From Balanoglossus misakiensis (lineage: Eukaryota; Animalia; Hemichordata), in the NCBI GenBank assembly GCA_040954595.2, contig CM082592.2, forward strand, positions 10,316,731-10,380,730: a DNA stretch of 64,000 nucleotides. The letters are read 5' to 3'. The notes beneath the pieces were generated by a model. The model searched no databases, had not been told where the DNA came from, and saw nothing but the letters and a program-made list of their open reading frames with translations. Both the position numbers and the translations under genes were made by a program. Each line of letters opens with the position of its first letter. The stretch's first letter is position 1. Positions 35,432-49,478 of the stretch are shown here, one piece after another.

Positions 35432-38400
35432 CTAATACTAGTAATAGACCAAAATGGAATTTCTCGATACGGTACGAAACTGACATTCTTGACGCATTTC
35501 TGTTTGCGGTATCCATGGGGCGATCAGTGTTACCAGGGAAACTTTACAGTTGATTTCAGTTGTGTGTAGAATGTCAAGATAGGGACTCAAGATTCCTTGC
35601 ACTCTTTGAGATGAGGGTCGATAATGTCTTGCATTCTTTCGGTTGTCTGAACTGCAAAAGTTAATGGGAGTGACTTTAATGAAATACTATCAGACGGCTG
35701 TGGCCAGGGGTGTCCTTATTGTCTGCCATGACACCGCGTTACTCTGACGTCACGGACTGTCCCCGCTAATTGACTAATCAAGCGAGGACGGGTGGCAATT
35801 GGAAAATATATGCTTCAGTCCCACCATCACCAAGACAACCTATTGCATTCTTAGAGTTGTCGATCGACACGATTCTTGTTCAGGTGTTATCGTGTTTTTT
35901 TCGTGTGATCGCCATGATAAAACGCATCTTCACATGTGATTCCATTAGAGTAGTCTCCGGTTTTGATCATTGCCGCTGATGACGATATACGATATATGGA
36001 TCTGAAAACCATCCTCCCAAAAAGTCGTGAAATCTCACAATAAAACGAAAGGATAAGAGGATAACGAGGTATTATAAAAATGTCAATTGGCGGCATTCTG
36101 GAAAGGGTCTTCAGTCGTACTTTTCTGGATTGTCTGTATGATAGAAGGGAAAGTGTTAAAACCAGGCTCGAAAGATAGACTATTATTTCAAGAATGATAT
36201 AGCCATATCCCGCATGTAAATGCTGTTTTAATGCACCTTGTAGTGTAAATAGGCTGAATGTTTTATAGGTGTGGCAACTTAGTTTTCGTAATTAGGTTTT
36301 TGACCTTCACGTTACAGTTCGCGTCTGTTCACCTATGATGTCAAACTGTCTTCAATAGGGCAGGGTTTGTTGACTGTGGTTGTGACCTTACTATTCTTTC
36401 GAGTTGGTCGCACCGACAGATATTTCCGTCAGAGACGAAAATGGGCCGAGACTCGCGACTGAAAGCCCTCACGTGAGTTTTCCCACGAAATCAGTTGGTA
36501 TATGACGTTCGTTAATACAAGTTTAGTGTTATACCTGTATCATGATTTCGGATACGTTTCAGCGACTGGCCGCCAAGTGTCACCTTGGGTCACAGTCAGC
36601 GTTCCCGAGACACAAAGCGAATTATTTCTATAGTTATACACGTCGAAGAATACGTTACCCCAGACTGTGCACTGTCTTGTCGAAAAATTCAAGTTCACAG
36701 CGCTTACATGTTAGTGTACCTCCTGTAGAAAGGGCCGCGATAGCACAACAAATGCTTGGTCTGCTATCAAAAGAAAAAAAGTGCATTACAATATGACAAT
36801 ACTCAATGGCGAGCTATCGTTTCCAGAGATAAAAATATGAAATACATTATTGGAAAACTGTGCAGACAAGACAGTGAAACACACGTGCATTTTTTTCTCA
36901 AGTTCCAAGGGAGTTTTATCGGAGGATCGCCACGCAATAGTACATTGTACATTTGTTCGGGTCTCTGCTCCATGTTTGTAAACATAATGTTTTGTGAACT
37001 GGTCCACTTTTCAGATAGAGATCACTGAGGGGATTTGACGATAAAAGTGGACTTCCTTTTATTTAACCGCCAAGAGATGTGATCAAAACTCAAATGCCGT
37101 GTGTGGTCAGACATATGCAATCAAAAGGTCAACGAAACCAAAATATCGTATATTGTTTTGGAATGTTAACAATGATTTTAATGAAGTTGTAACGAGTGCA
37201 AAACGCCTCTCTCACCTCTCTTTAATCTTACCGCGAGAGATTTTATTATTGTTCCCGCCATCACATTTATTGTTTGTGACGGTCGCAGTAAAAGTCGGTA
37301 ACTTTGAAGGGAGAGCAAAGCAGCCATCTTCCTTAACGGCGGTCGAGTTAAAAGCGTCAACCTGCTGAGGTGTGTCGTTTAGAGTAAGTGCAACCAAGTG
37401 ACCCTTTTTTGATCAGACGGCTTTATTGAAAGTAAATACGCACCGTTCTGACAGGCAACACCCAACAAAGCAAACCGTCTTGTGTTCCAATGCCTCATCG
37501 ACCTTGAGACATCTGTGCGCCATTATTTAATTGTACACGCGCGGGACCCTTGAGACTTGCCGCTGCGCCGAACGCGCCACGCAGCGACACGCAATTTGAA
37601 TCTGAAGTGTGCCACCAAGTCACGTGACCACCTCTAATTAATGGGAGTGGGAATGCCCCCGATCAGTAGTGTTGCAGTTAATTGTATTTCACAAATCCAT
37701 TACAACAAATTTGTCAGCAAGCACTGAAATGAATGTAGTCACGCCTTGAACAAACTTCGATAATGCAGAGGCGGAAGTTTGCAAAGTCCATTTATGATGA
37801 AACAACCAGATTGTATAGTCACTGCTATATCTGGTTAAAATTTGTAAATGAAAATTGGATAACGGTCGAATAGATATAATGGATGTGATGTATCGTTACT
37901 GCTGAAACAGTCCAACCTTATGACCGGCAAATAAAAAGAAATTATTGATCGTTTTTCGCCGCCAAGCTAACAATCTTAAAACCTCGTCCCTTTTATCCGC
38001 GAGATCTCGTTTTTCTTAAGTCGCCGGTGCGAGCACATCAAAGAAGTCGGCACAACACACACGACTTTTAGTATTACTAGCTTTTATTACACTTAATTGC
38101 GCATAAATACATCGCTACTTTAAACAGAGTATGAATCATCATAGACTGCGCGTGCGCAGCTGTATCATTAAAGCATTTTTCTCTGTACAAAGATACAAAT
38201 CATATATGACATCACGATGTCATTTTACAAGTCAAAATTGGTTTAACTTCGGATATGATTGTCAACTTGATGAGTTGTGCGGGGATACAAAACATTTAAG
38301 CGATTTACACTGTTTGGCAAAAAAACTGCCTGATGAAAATAGCTGAATTGGCAGGAAAAAAATAAATGCGTACAAATATTTACACCTCGTGACTGGACTG

Positions 38401-38836
38401 CATTCTGGTAAATTGATTAGCGAACTTGTCGGCAAATGTTTACATGTATTTAATATTCATGAGTGCCGGTGACGTCATCAGAGACACAAGCCAATCAAGT
38501 ATGCAGATACGGCGCCTTATTCTATTGCACTCTTACTAATGTTTGGTTCGCTTCATAAGTTCCTTCAATAGGGAATGTTATCTGGAACGTTTTAACGTGG
38601 AAATTGTCGAGGTTATTTGACCTGGCGTTGCAAATCAGGTACTTTGCCACCAGCGGCCGACAAAAGTGTTGTCACTGGAAGCAAAGTTGCCCAGAGCAAC
38701 CTTAATCAATCTATAAACTAAATATAAACGTTGTTGATTCTGGAAAGCAGTGTTTGATCTTATTGCCTATGAAATAACAAAATAGAATTATCTCTGTTAC
38801 AAAGTTATCAGGTTGGTAATAAATTGCCTATTAATG

Positions 38837-38864
38837 CAATCAATCAATCAATCAATCAATCAAT
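38837..38864. repeat. (CAAT)n microsatellite
   Basis: Directly visible. Confidence 0.9.
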
Positions 38865-39130
38865 CTTTCATTCGATTGAGGGCAGTCATCACAAACTTTA
38901 ACACTAGAACGGTTGTCTTAGAATTGTCATACTTATTAGCACTCTTGCATGGAATATTCTGAATTATATTATACCAGTATATTGATGGTGTAAATCACGC
39001 TATCTGATTGGTCGAGACACGACACGTGACCGTGATATATTAGCCATATACCACAGTCATATATCATAGTTAAAGAAAATGCCTTTTAAAATGTTTTATG
39101 CAAAGTTTCAATATACTGGCATAATATAAT

Positions 39131-39273
39131 AGCAATAAAACACCCCCAGCCATGGTATACCACTCGATTTTGACCAGTTCAACTCCATATACGCACTCGC
39201 TATCGCTCGTGCGTATATGTCGTGAACTGGTCAAAATCTCGTGATATACCATGGCTGGGGGTGTTTTATTGCT
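39131..39273. mobile_element. Foldback/palindromic element (probable non-autonomous DNA transposon part)
   Basis: AGCAATAAAACACCCCCAGCCATGGTATA..GATTTTGACCAGTTCA pairs with TGAACTGGTCAAAATC..TATACCATGGCTGGGGGTGTTTTATTGCT; inner stem CATATACGCAC/GTGCGTATATG. Confidence 0.75.
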
Positions 39274-42200
39274 TAAGTAATCATCAAACGTGTGATTCAT
39301 ATCATTTCTAATGTAGAATCATCAGCTGCAAATCTATTTATCATTACACTCATTTGCAGAAAAAAAGCAGTTTGATCCAAACAGATGGAAACTCTCTGAT
39401 TTACTAAGAGTTCGCCCGTTTGATGGCAGTCAAGGCAAATGCCCAAGTTCACGAGAAAAAATGTTCACAGACAAGTTCAAAACCGTTCAAAGTTCACAAG
39501 AAAGTGTTCAAAATTCTGGATGCAAAGATGGAAAATGACAGTTCGGTTGAGTGTAGGAAAATACAAGTTCACTGTCAGCGGAAGACTGGGTTGTCAAGTT
39601 CAAGTTCAATACCAAGCTGGTCAAAACACCAGAGGCACTGGTGACACAATGCCAAGTTGAGGTATAACCAAAATGAAGAAACTATTTGATGAAAATGCTG
39701 CAAACTACAAGTAAACATGTCAGAAAAGATGTGATTCTGGCGTTTATAATAAAGGGTCTCACCCTATGCAGATATAAGCCCGTAACTGATTTGAACTTCC
39801 TCGATACAGTTAACAGACAGAGTTGTCTTTGGAAAACAGACAGGAATTTAATTAAACAATAATTATTCAATGTTACAAAGTCTTAACAAACTCAGCTGCT
39901 CACCACTGTGTGTTTGGAGAATTTTTTTCCTGGTAAAACAATGTGATTTGCCAGTTAAATATATGACACTTTGGATAGAATATTTTATTCTTCATGTCAT
40001 AATTTGGTTTGATAAAATATTTTATGAGGAGTGATATTAATACATTTCACCTGCCTTTCGTCAAATAGTCAAATAAATAGATGTGATGCGGTTTATTTAA
40101 CCACACTGGCCTTCTTTTTAAATCAAAATATTATACATATAAATACATCTCAGAATGAACACTTTAAGTTATTTTTCAAACTCTTAAGTTTTCTGTTCCA
40201 TAACTGGCAGTGTCCGAAATATGGGCAGTTCCGTTGATGGAAATTATAAATTACGATCAATAACGGCACGGCAGGGGGCCACTCTATGGCCCCCTGATCT
40301 TTTCATATGGTTTTAAGTTTTCATCAAAGAAAATGCGCTTGCGCTTCCTGCTTGGACTTTCAAACTTCAGCCAGTTCATCCAGCCGAAAGCACTCTTGTG
40401 AAAAGAAAATTGGTTGGCAGTTGGCATTTACCGGACTTCTTTTGTCAAGAACTGGCCTTGCATGACGTCAGAATGAACCGTCGCGTGCCAAACCAGACGT
40501 CTCATTTCCGTGACGGATAGGAGGGCCTGCAGCCGCTTCCAGTCTACACGGGTCGGGCTAGGCTCTCAGTGCTGAAATGTTTATTACTCAGAAGTATAAA
40601 CTTACACAAAGCTTACGCTCCTATAGTCAATAACATTCATCCAGCGATTGAGGTCACAGCGCGGTCATTTGAAGTCGCACTTTGGCGGAGCGGTCTCTGC
40701 TCTCATAATAGTAGACAGCCAGACGTTGGGTAAACACAATCACGGGCAGAACCAGAACCGGGCGAGGATTGGGTTTCAAAGACAGACGACCAGCAAACAA
40801 GTCCAGGAAACACAGAATTCTCTGCTTTTGAGGCTGACAAAAATTAGTCAAAACTGTTTGTTTTTGGTGTTCAAAATTAAGCACTTTTTGACGAGGTAAA
40901 GTTCCTGGTACAAGGAAAAGTTTCTATCGTCTCCAAGTTCTTGAGATTATGCGGGAGTCATTGCATATGTTGTTGTTGTTGTTCGAAAACTTTCACTGGA
41001 AATATGAGATGATTGGATTTAACTCTCAGGTTTGTGGTAGTTGCCTGAGCATAACCGAACCCCTACTGTAGTGAGCATTTGTTTTTAAATCAATGTAGAA
41101 ATCACAAGAAGTGTATGAACAGTAAGAATTTACAGCAAATGTACACACAAGAAAAATAATCATATAAACAATATTGACATTGAAGTCACGATTAGGCTGT
41201 TCACTGTGACAAAGTTCAAAGGTTGATATGCTAAAAGCAGAAGTTGTAAATGACAAAGCCAAAGTTTGTACAAAATTTACTGTCAAAGAGGAGAAAAGTG
41301 TTCGTAAGTATACAAATTTTAAGTAATGCACAAAGTTGTAATCTTAGTAAAGTTATATGTACAAAATTCTTTGGTTGTAAAGGAGTGTTCTTGTAACGTG
41401 TTAAGTAGCGTTTGTTCCAGGTTTCACCGGTGCTGAAAAAATCCTGCGCTTTTCGGAGCGCCATTGTTTGCATCTTGTCCATGCACAGACGGCTTGACGT
41501 CATAGTAACGTGACTGGCCAGACAGCAAGCTTCACAAATGAGCATGATTGTCCAGTTGCCATGGCAATGCAGCAAGTGGCAGTAGGAATGCTTCTGGAGT
41601 AACTTTTTCGATGAAGTACTGGATGTTCTTTGCAAACTTCTGCTTCGTTCTGTCTTTCTCGATCCCAGCCAAGAAGAAGTAACAGCAGCTACCTGGGGGT
41701 GGAAAATAATCGGTCGATTAGTGTTCTGAATGAACTACAACAACAACAGTAAATCCGAGAGTTGTCAAGTGACCTGACCACTGTTTAAGATCTTTGCTCT
41801 GTTTTCTTTTGGACGCGTGTCTGACGCACAACGCGCCCGACTTCGGCAGGCTCTGCGGGTTGAGTGACCTCCGGTGTCGCCAAAACTTAATCCTAGAACT
41901 TTTGGAACATGGAAAAGTTCCCACAAAGCCTCGTCATTTAAAACAGAAGTCCTTTCAGCGTCTTTATCAACTTTGCAAACTTGACAGTGCCAGTTTTTGC
42001 TCATGAAATCACAGTCCGACTGTGATGAAATCAAGGCCGTTGCCTTTGTTTGCAAATTTTAGTTGCGGTGATACACTGGTATCAGGAATGGAATGTCATC
42101 ATGACGAACATTGAATTTATGGAGTATTTATATTGCAATAATAATTATAGCAAGTTATACTTTTCTACGTGCCCTGTTTCAGTTGACATCCTAACAGACT

Positions 42201-43678
42201 CTGAAGTTTCCTGGGTTGCTTAGCAACTAGCAAGGGTCTGGGTATAGCAACGGTATCGCACAATGGAACCAGAATTAGGACCCTGGGAGTAAAATCGCCC
42301 AAGGTACCCACTCTTTTGTCAACAAAGAGCTCGCGCTAGTTCGGGGTGCTCTTTAAGTTTTTTTTTGCGCGCGTAGCCTTGCCCATTGTGTTCTGACCGA
42401 ACAAATTGCAGTTTCGAAGATACGTTTTTAAGGACTACGAAACTATTTACAGATTTGGTTTATCAACAACTGTAGCGAGTAAAAGAATATAGGCCTATCA
42501 CTGCCGTAGAAGACGTTGCTAAGAATCCATACTCTATTTATAGCTCTGGTGTCGATTATCATACGCCCCCGCATTCGAGAGTTTGTCTGGCTGGAGATCG
42601 ATTGGGCCGTCAATCGGTACACGTGTTATTCCCCCGTAATAACATCATTACAATACTTAAACAAAGGGTCTTTCCGCAGCATCGCTACAGTCATACGTGT
42701 AAATACTTTTGATTTGGCGAAGATTTCGCAACCTCATTCATGTCACCTGACACGAGCCTGGCGCACGCACTACGGCAGCGCAGATCCTCGACGTCACGGA
42801 CTGACTCGAGGTTGTACAGTTTGGCCATGCGCGGTGTGATGTAAACGTTTTCTCAGACGTTTGTTGATGACTCATCAACTGTTTATATTGTGAACGACAT
42901 CTTCAACACTTAGCCCATTCATCCCAACACATAGCATCGGTTTGCTGTATCTCTTTAAAAATTAAACAAAACATCTACCTCTTTTTGGACCATAGCTGTA
43001 CTTAACTAGCATGAAATCTCTAAGACAGTGTGTCGTTTCCGGTTACGGATGGAATTTATAATTATACACATTCTCACAAAAGCGTCAATATTCGTAAACC
43101 TGAATCTAAAGTGATAATTTTGAAGAGACATATCACGGCAAGGCAGACAGAGTGTCCTCCGAAACACAGCAGGTAATCCGTCTTGTCCTTGATATTAAAT
43201 ACTCCTTTATGCCTTTATTGATTACCTTCTAGTTTTACGTTGGTGTCGTAAAGCCACACTTGCTCGCCAACAATCATAATATTTCCCCCCGAAAGCCTAT
43301 CTACATATACTACAACTCATGACTGTTCTCTCCCTAAACCGGCGTCTCACTATGTTTGTTCATTTCCTAGCAATCGAGGTTTGTGCAACCGACACACGAA
43401 GACCGACATTTTCGTACAGCAAGTAGCTAACATATACGAGGCGCCTTAAGGTGATACAGAATCTCACAATCTCAGCCACTGCAGAAATAACAGTTGATAC
43501 TCTGACCGATAAAATACGTCTCTTTTAAATGTTGGCAACGGACCCACTTTATTATCAGATATCACGACTGAACTGCGCTCTCCATGCATGTCGCCATTTG
43601 AAACGGCCCTGACCAGAGTATATTGTGAAAAGGTTGACTCACCTTCTGGGTTGCAGTGCATCATCATCCGATCAGACA

Positions 43679-43909
43679 TCATCTTTTCATCACATAAACT
43701 GCAGCAAATATATGACACACGAGTAAAACACCGTCGCATGTTTTGCATAAATATCGCACACTCTGCCGAAGGCATTGTTCCACTACGTCCTGCACTGAGG
43801 GCATTTTCCTGTGTGCATATTTCGCGTCCATTTCATCGCCTATTTCCCTTAGTCGCCTGGCAACATCTTCGGCTGTATTGTCCATTTTCACGCCGCCACT
43901 GGAGTCCAT
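43679..43909 (-). CDS. Small BH3-only pro-apoptotic protein (76 aa), HRK-like by position
   Basis: Strong Kozak context GCCGTCATGG. Sequence MDSSGGVKMDNTAEDVARRLREIGDEMDAKY...GVLLVCHIFAAVYVMKR*, with a canonical BH3 (A..L..IGD.MD) and a C-terminal hydrophobic tail followed by basic residues. An upstream in-frame ATG at 44065 would give 128 aa. Confidence 0.78.
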   Translation of the reverse strand: MDSSGGVKMDNTAEDVARRLREIGDEMDAKYAHRKMPSVQDVVEQCLRQSVRYLCKTCDGVLLVCHIFAAVYVMKR

Positions 43910-44068
43910 GACGGCTACATAGGACGGTGAAAACTGAGGAGAGATTATGCAGAGACCTGTATAAGTATGATGCAAATGGATGGTTGCAATTCTGCGTGAC
44001 CTGATTGTCCACGTCAACATGCGACGATGATCATGAGGAGCGGATGATCGCGTTTCGGCGATCATGTA

Positions 44069-44103
44069 GAATGAATTTAGTGTTCACGGCAGCGATTTTT
44101 ATA
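44069..44103 (-). promoter_or_regulatory. TATA box and Inr of the BH3-only gene
   Basis: TATAAAAA (44103-44096) and TCATTC with its A at 44072, 31 nt apart; CCAAT box at ~44275-44280. Confidence 0.6.
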
Positions 44104-47100
44104 ACGGAGCCCCGTCTTGCGCGTGAGTCCCACTACCCGGTCTCAGTGTCTCTCTGCCGCTCTTTGTCTCGCATGTATATTATGCTTGTTTGTTGACATC
44201 ATTTTTCAGTTCAACTCTTGTCTGCGGTTTTATTCATAAGTCGGTATAAATAGCGATGATGAAATGGCGTCGTTGATTGGCCGGCGAAGTTGGCACCACG
44301 CCCAAATTGCGTTTGCCGTGTTGTCAATCATTTAACAGGTAGGCAATTCTACAAGTGGCCCTGCCAACATTGAAAAGTGTTGGTAAACAACAAGTTTCAC
44401 AACATAGCGGGCATCATCGTGATATACTTTATGAAGTCACACTCCCCTTTTTAAAGAAAATAGAACAGCCGTCGCCATCTTTTGAATTGCGCTCTAATGA
44501 CATTTCCTGACCGCAAAATGCATCGTATCACTGAAACCTAAAGCTAATAGCCTTGTAAACTGAGCGACTGGCTACTATGGGCACTTCACCGTTGAAAAGC
44601 AAGAGTTACTCTACACTTTCGCGTTAGAAGTTTGTGTGAGCAAAGCGAAGTAGGTGACACTTGATTGACAACTACCAATCCGAAGAAACACAGAGATGGT
44701 GGCCAGATAAAATGAGCTCACACTGACATTGCCAACCTTTCTGACTTTGATGAACGCACAACAAAATCCAAAGGTTTCCATGCGGAGCGGGGAAGGGCAT
44801 GAGTTGCGCCAGATTTGGTGGCGGGGTGCCAAAATTTAGGCCAGCAAACAATCGCATGTAGTTCGAGGCACGGTTTTTTTGAAGGACAAGTCTTTTGCAT
44901 AAGTGGGTGACTTGGACTGTCCGGGCACGCGACCGCGGTGAGTTTGAATCTTTGCCAGAGTTTTTTTTCTCTCTCCAAAAGTACAATTTAAGTCATTCTC
45001 GCGAGATTTCGGATATCTCTGCTTTCTCGTGATCTAGCCCCTTTTAATTCCTGTTATTCAGTGTAAACCAGTATGCGAAAATTCGCGAAGGAGCATGAGA
45101 AAACAGCGATACGCATTTGCAAGGTTTAGTGTTCCCCATACGTTGGAAATCCCTCATATAAAACGCACGCAAGCCGGCACAGTCAATCAATTGAAAGAAG
45201 CTAGGCCAACTCGACAAATCGCCTGAAGACAATACGTGATAACAAGCAGACGTGTAATTTAATTAAAACGAAGGAAATGAACCACATTTCTCTTTAAAAT
45301 TGTTGTTGAGTGTATCCGACGCGATGTAAACCATTGGGAGAACGGTAGTCAGCGACAATGACTGGAAGGCGCTCTTTGCACGCGTCTGACGACATCGGGC
45401 GTGTGCCGCGCATAACGCGGTGGCCCGTGTGACAACCTGCCGCGTGTCGGTCATTAGGACTGCAATGGCACAGTCGCACTTTGTAAAAATGGGCGACGAA
45501 GCTTACCACTGTCGCTGGTTATGTCACGAGGGAGTTTCTTATATACGTTATGTAATATGTACTTTGACGGAACATTCTTGCTAATTACAAAAGATAAATC
45601 ACAGACGAATAAACAGATACAATGTACACGTATGACAATGAAATTGAGCAAAGGTGATCTATGGACCCACGCCTCCCGTTATCGCTGAACTAATTTGACA
45701 GGTGTTGATATTTAGTGCCATGTTATCGCTAACATTAGCTTATAACTGTCGATAAACCAAACAAAATCGATTAGTTGTCGCGTGCCAACCCGACGCCGGC
45801 GTGCGCGCGTGGCGACCCAGGGACAATTGAAGGCGAATAGCAAGCCTCGGACTCGAGGCGAAAAAGTCATTTCTCGGTCAAGATCCCTCACTCGTGTATG
45901 TCGGCTGATTTGCCTTTATGCTGTTTTTTTAATCCTTGACATAACGCCCGACAGAATTATTTTAATTATGTATAGTACGCAATTACAACAAGTGTTTTCC
46001 TGTCTTTTATGTTGTCGGCTTCGTCATAATTAATCCTTAGTTACCGTCATATACAATCTCCGCCTGTTTGTCGCATTGAAATGATTCCGTTTAGATAAAC
46101 CATGGAGCCAACCGACAACATGCGAGAAATCCATTTCATCCATGAACATCCGCAGATACGCACTTTCCGATACACAACTTTTTTGTTGACTTAGTGACAG
46201 ACACAGTGGGGATTTTCTTTCGGGGTGAACGGTCTCTAACTCTTGATGCTCTGCCAAGTTTCGGGCGTCGTTTTACATCAATGGGATATATTTTGAAAAC
46301 TTTCGTGATATATTTAGATGTGTGCCTCATGATATATTAACACGGTTTTTGGCGGCGGCGATGTTGGTGGTTCAAAATCGCCAGGTTCCACGACATGACC
46401 AGGCGATCTGACGTGACGTCGCGACGGACCAACGACGTGCGTCTGTTGGCGCCGCATCGCATTAGACCACGCTGATGGCTGCTTACAGGCGACAGAATGA
46501 GTATGAAAAACGGTGCCGCAAAAATGAACTCCCCTCCCGCGAAGACTAGGGCAATCTGATATACCTATCGCATATGCCTTAAGATACTTTAATATCATGA
46601 TTAGGTTAGCAGCAGAGGTTACTCTGTGATTTATTGTGTAACGAACAAGTATCTGTGTATCTAATGACATTACTGCAAGGATAAAAGTGGAATAGTGACA
46701 AGCACACATCAGTGACGATTTGAAAGTTGCCTTTCACCAGTCAACTGTGATGAACACGATGCGTGTCGAATGCCAACCGGTCGTCCGTCCGCGAGCCAAT
46801 TTCACCCTTCTTGTATAGATATCAATCGATGACGCAATTTGTTTGCGCTGATCTCATTTAAGCAACGCTGATAAATATCCCTGGGTGACGTAAAATATTT
46901 GCGCAATCATGAAATGAAGACAATTTTGCTAGAAAGGCTTGTGCATAATCAATCCAGCATGTTCCCGTATAGCAGATAGCGGGTGTTGAGAGCCTTGTGA
47001 TTTCTCGCGATGAAATTAAAATGAGATAAAATATCATGACTTTACTAGTGAATCTGCGGTGCCCAATTACCTCATGGTATTTGCGGATAGCTAAAGCCTG

Positions 47101-49478
47101 TCTTGGACGGTTTCAGCTCGTGCCTGGATCAAATTTACATCAATCAAACTACTGGATACAAGTGAGTTTTAGTTTGCTGCGTTACTTATGCACTTCATAA
47201 GTTACTAGGAGTCCTACACGTGCGTGTTTTCCGTCTTTACTGATAACCTGCTGGTCCCTGGTCTACGGTGAATGCAAGATAAAGGCCTACGCCTCCACAC
47301 ACAAAGCAGTTGGCAGTTTATGAAGTATTTCTCAGGACTTAGAGCTATCTATGAAATTTGCATATATTATCGAAGTGCTAGACTTGCGATGACAAATCCA
47401 AAGGCGGAAAGAAAGATCTCGGACTGTACCTTTCAAAAAATAAACAATAAAAATTGGACGCGTGCCAAGGCCACAGTGACACAAGCCCTATCACGTTCCA
47501 TCGATCTTTTCCGAAAACTCAAGGCTAGCTTTAGCCCGTTCAACTTCAGATAAAAAACTTCATGAATTCTTTATGAACTTTAGCGAGTCAGAGTTGTGAC
47601 AAATGGATCGATCTTCACCTCAGAACAACAGCAGACTTTTCAGAAAGTAGTGACCTTCAACCTTTCATCAGGCTGGTCCGCAGCGACACGCCTGCCAACA
47701 GTTTGGAGTTGGAAAAAAAAGTGACGGCGACACACGAGAAATACAAATTCGAACTTTGTGGAAAAAAAATCTGGAGGCTGAAGAAGCGATATTTTGCGAT
47801 TCATATAACATCATCAATATTATCGCAATAACTTAGAAAACGTTTGACTTACATGAAACTTTCTTCTGGATTGCTGAGAGTTTAAAATTCGCGAAATAAA
47901 CGTTTCCTTCAGTGATACTTTTGCTGTTGTGACGGGCTGCATCGAATCCGAGGTACTGCTTCGGTCAACGGAGCTCAGCGTGAACTGTTTACTATATCAC
48001 CCATCTTTCAGACTATTGTTTCACACGCATCTGGCACGCAGCCAAACAATGACGGACTCCGTACCAAAACACGACCCCCTTTGTCAAGATGTTGATGCTT
48101 AAAACTTCGTCGCGCACGCGTATACTGACTACTGTGGCAATTTCGATGGATAATATAAAATGTCAATATCTACTTCAGCATCATGAGAGGAACTTTCTCA
48201 CGATTTTAGGTCTCAAGTCGCCCGAAACTGATTAAAAAGTCCAATTGCACCTAGTTTTGTCTATTTTTATCGATGTGACAATGTATTTTTTTTATGTCCG
48301 GACTGCTCGCGGACGAACCCCGTTTCCTATCATGAAAAAAATGGAAGAGTCCAGGCTCCATGGTGACTGGGGCAACAGAGTAAACAAAATTCGTGACAAA
48401 AAGGGAACATACTTCAATCTCGATATTGCGCTATATTTAGAGGTTACTGCACATGACTGTACATTTCATGTTTGAAAACAAGGCAAAATTCGACAGCAGG
48501 TGCTATCCCAAGTTGCAAGGAGTTATGCGTCCGGCGCCAAACCAGATGCTAATGAGGTTTACTCATCCCTGGATTTGTGGCTAAGCGAAAGATCATAGTC
48601 AGCATTGTCTATAGTATGATTAACAAGGTGCACATGTAAATTTCATACTCATAGCGCGTTTAGCATTTGTTTAGGGGCGCGTTTAGGAGTGTGTCTGCCA
48701 CGTGCGTGAAATGTGACTATTCCCTAATGGCCCATCAACAATAACGCTGAAATGATACGGCTGGACCTCCCAATGTACAATTTTTTTAATAAAAAGTAAC
48801 TCGACCCTTTAAAATACGATCCTGAAACCGAAGAAGCCGATATTAATGCATCATTGACACTCGGGCGCTTTAAAGTAAATTCATTGTGTCTGGGGTGCTG
48901 CAAATAGCAAATTTATCATCGAGGTTTTGACAAATGCTACAGAAAAGTGTCTATTTTGGAGAAACAATGAGTTTATTTCTAGCAATGGTTGTAATTTTAG
49001 CAGTACTTCAGTCTGATGAATAATGCTTTTTATTTTTTCACCCACTGACAGTGACAAGGATGGTGTGTTTCTCCAAATTATCTTAGAAATTAGAAGTGAG
49101 TATGGTCTGCTTTTTGGCCGGCTGGATTTCTTTCTGGTATATTGTAGTTAGTTTACATAGACCTTTCTGGAAAGGTGGGAAAAGATTCCGTAATATATCA
49201 ATTAAAACGACGGATAACGAAACGGGAACTTTTGCATATGCAAGGGGACCGTGGACGCGTATCTGGGACTTTGTTGACATTGCCAGTGACCAACAGTGAC
49301 CCATTTTTCGGGTCACGTCTTTAATTCACGCATGCGTATATTTGCATATAACGGTTTTGCAGGACAACATGGCGACTGCCATAACGAAGGACCGCCGGTG
49401 ACACGAACGATGAATCGGCGAAATCTAGCGAAAGATTTGTCACTTTGTACCGCTCCAGGGGTGTAATTGAGACCGGAG

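Noticed and set aside
43910-44065. 52-aa N-terminal extension of the BH3 ORF
   Set aside because: Its ATG is only ~7 nt from the predicted TSS, and the stretch contains an acceptor-like CTCTCCTCAG. More likely 5' UTR or intron, though not excluded.
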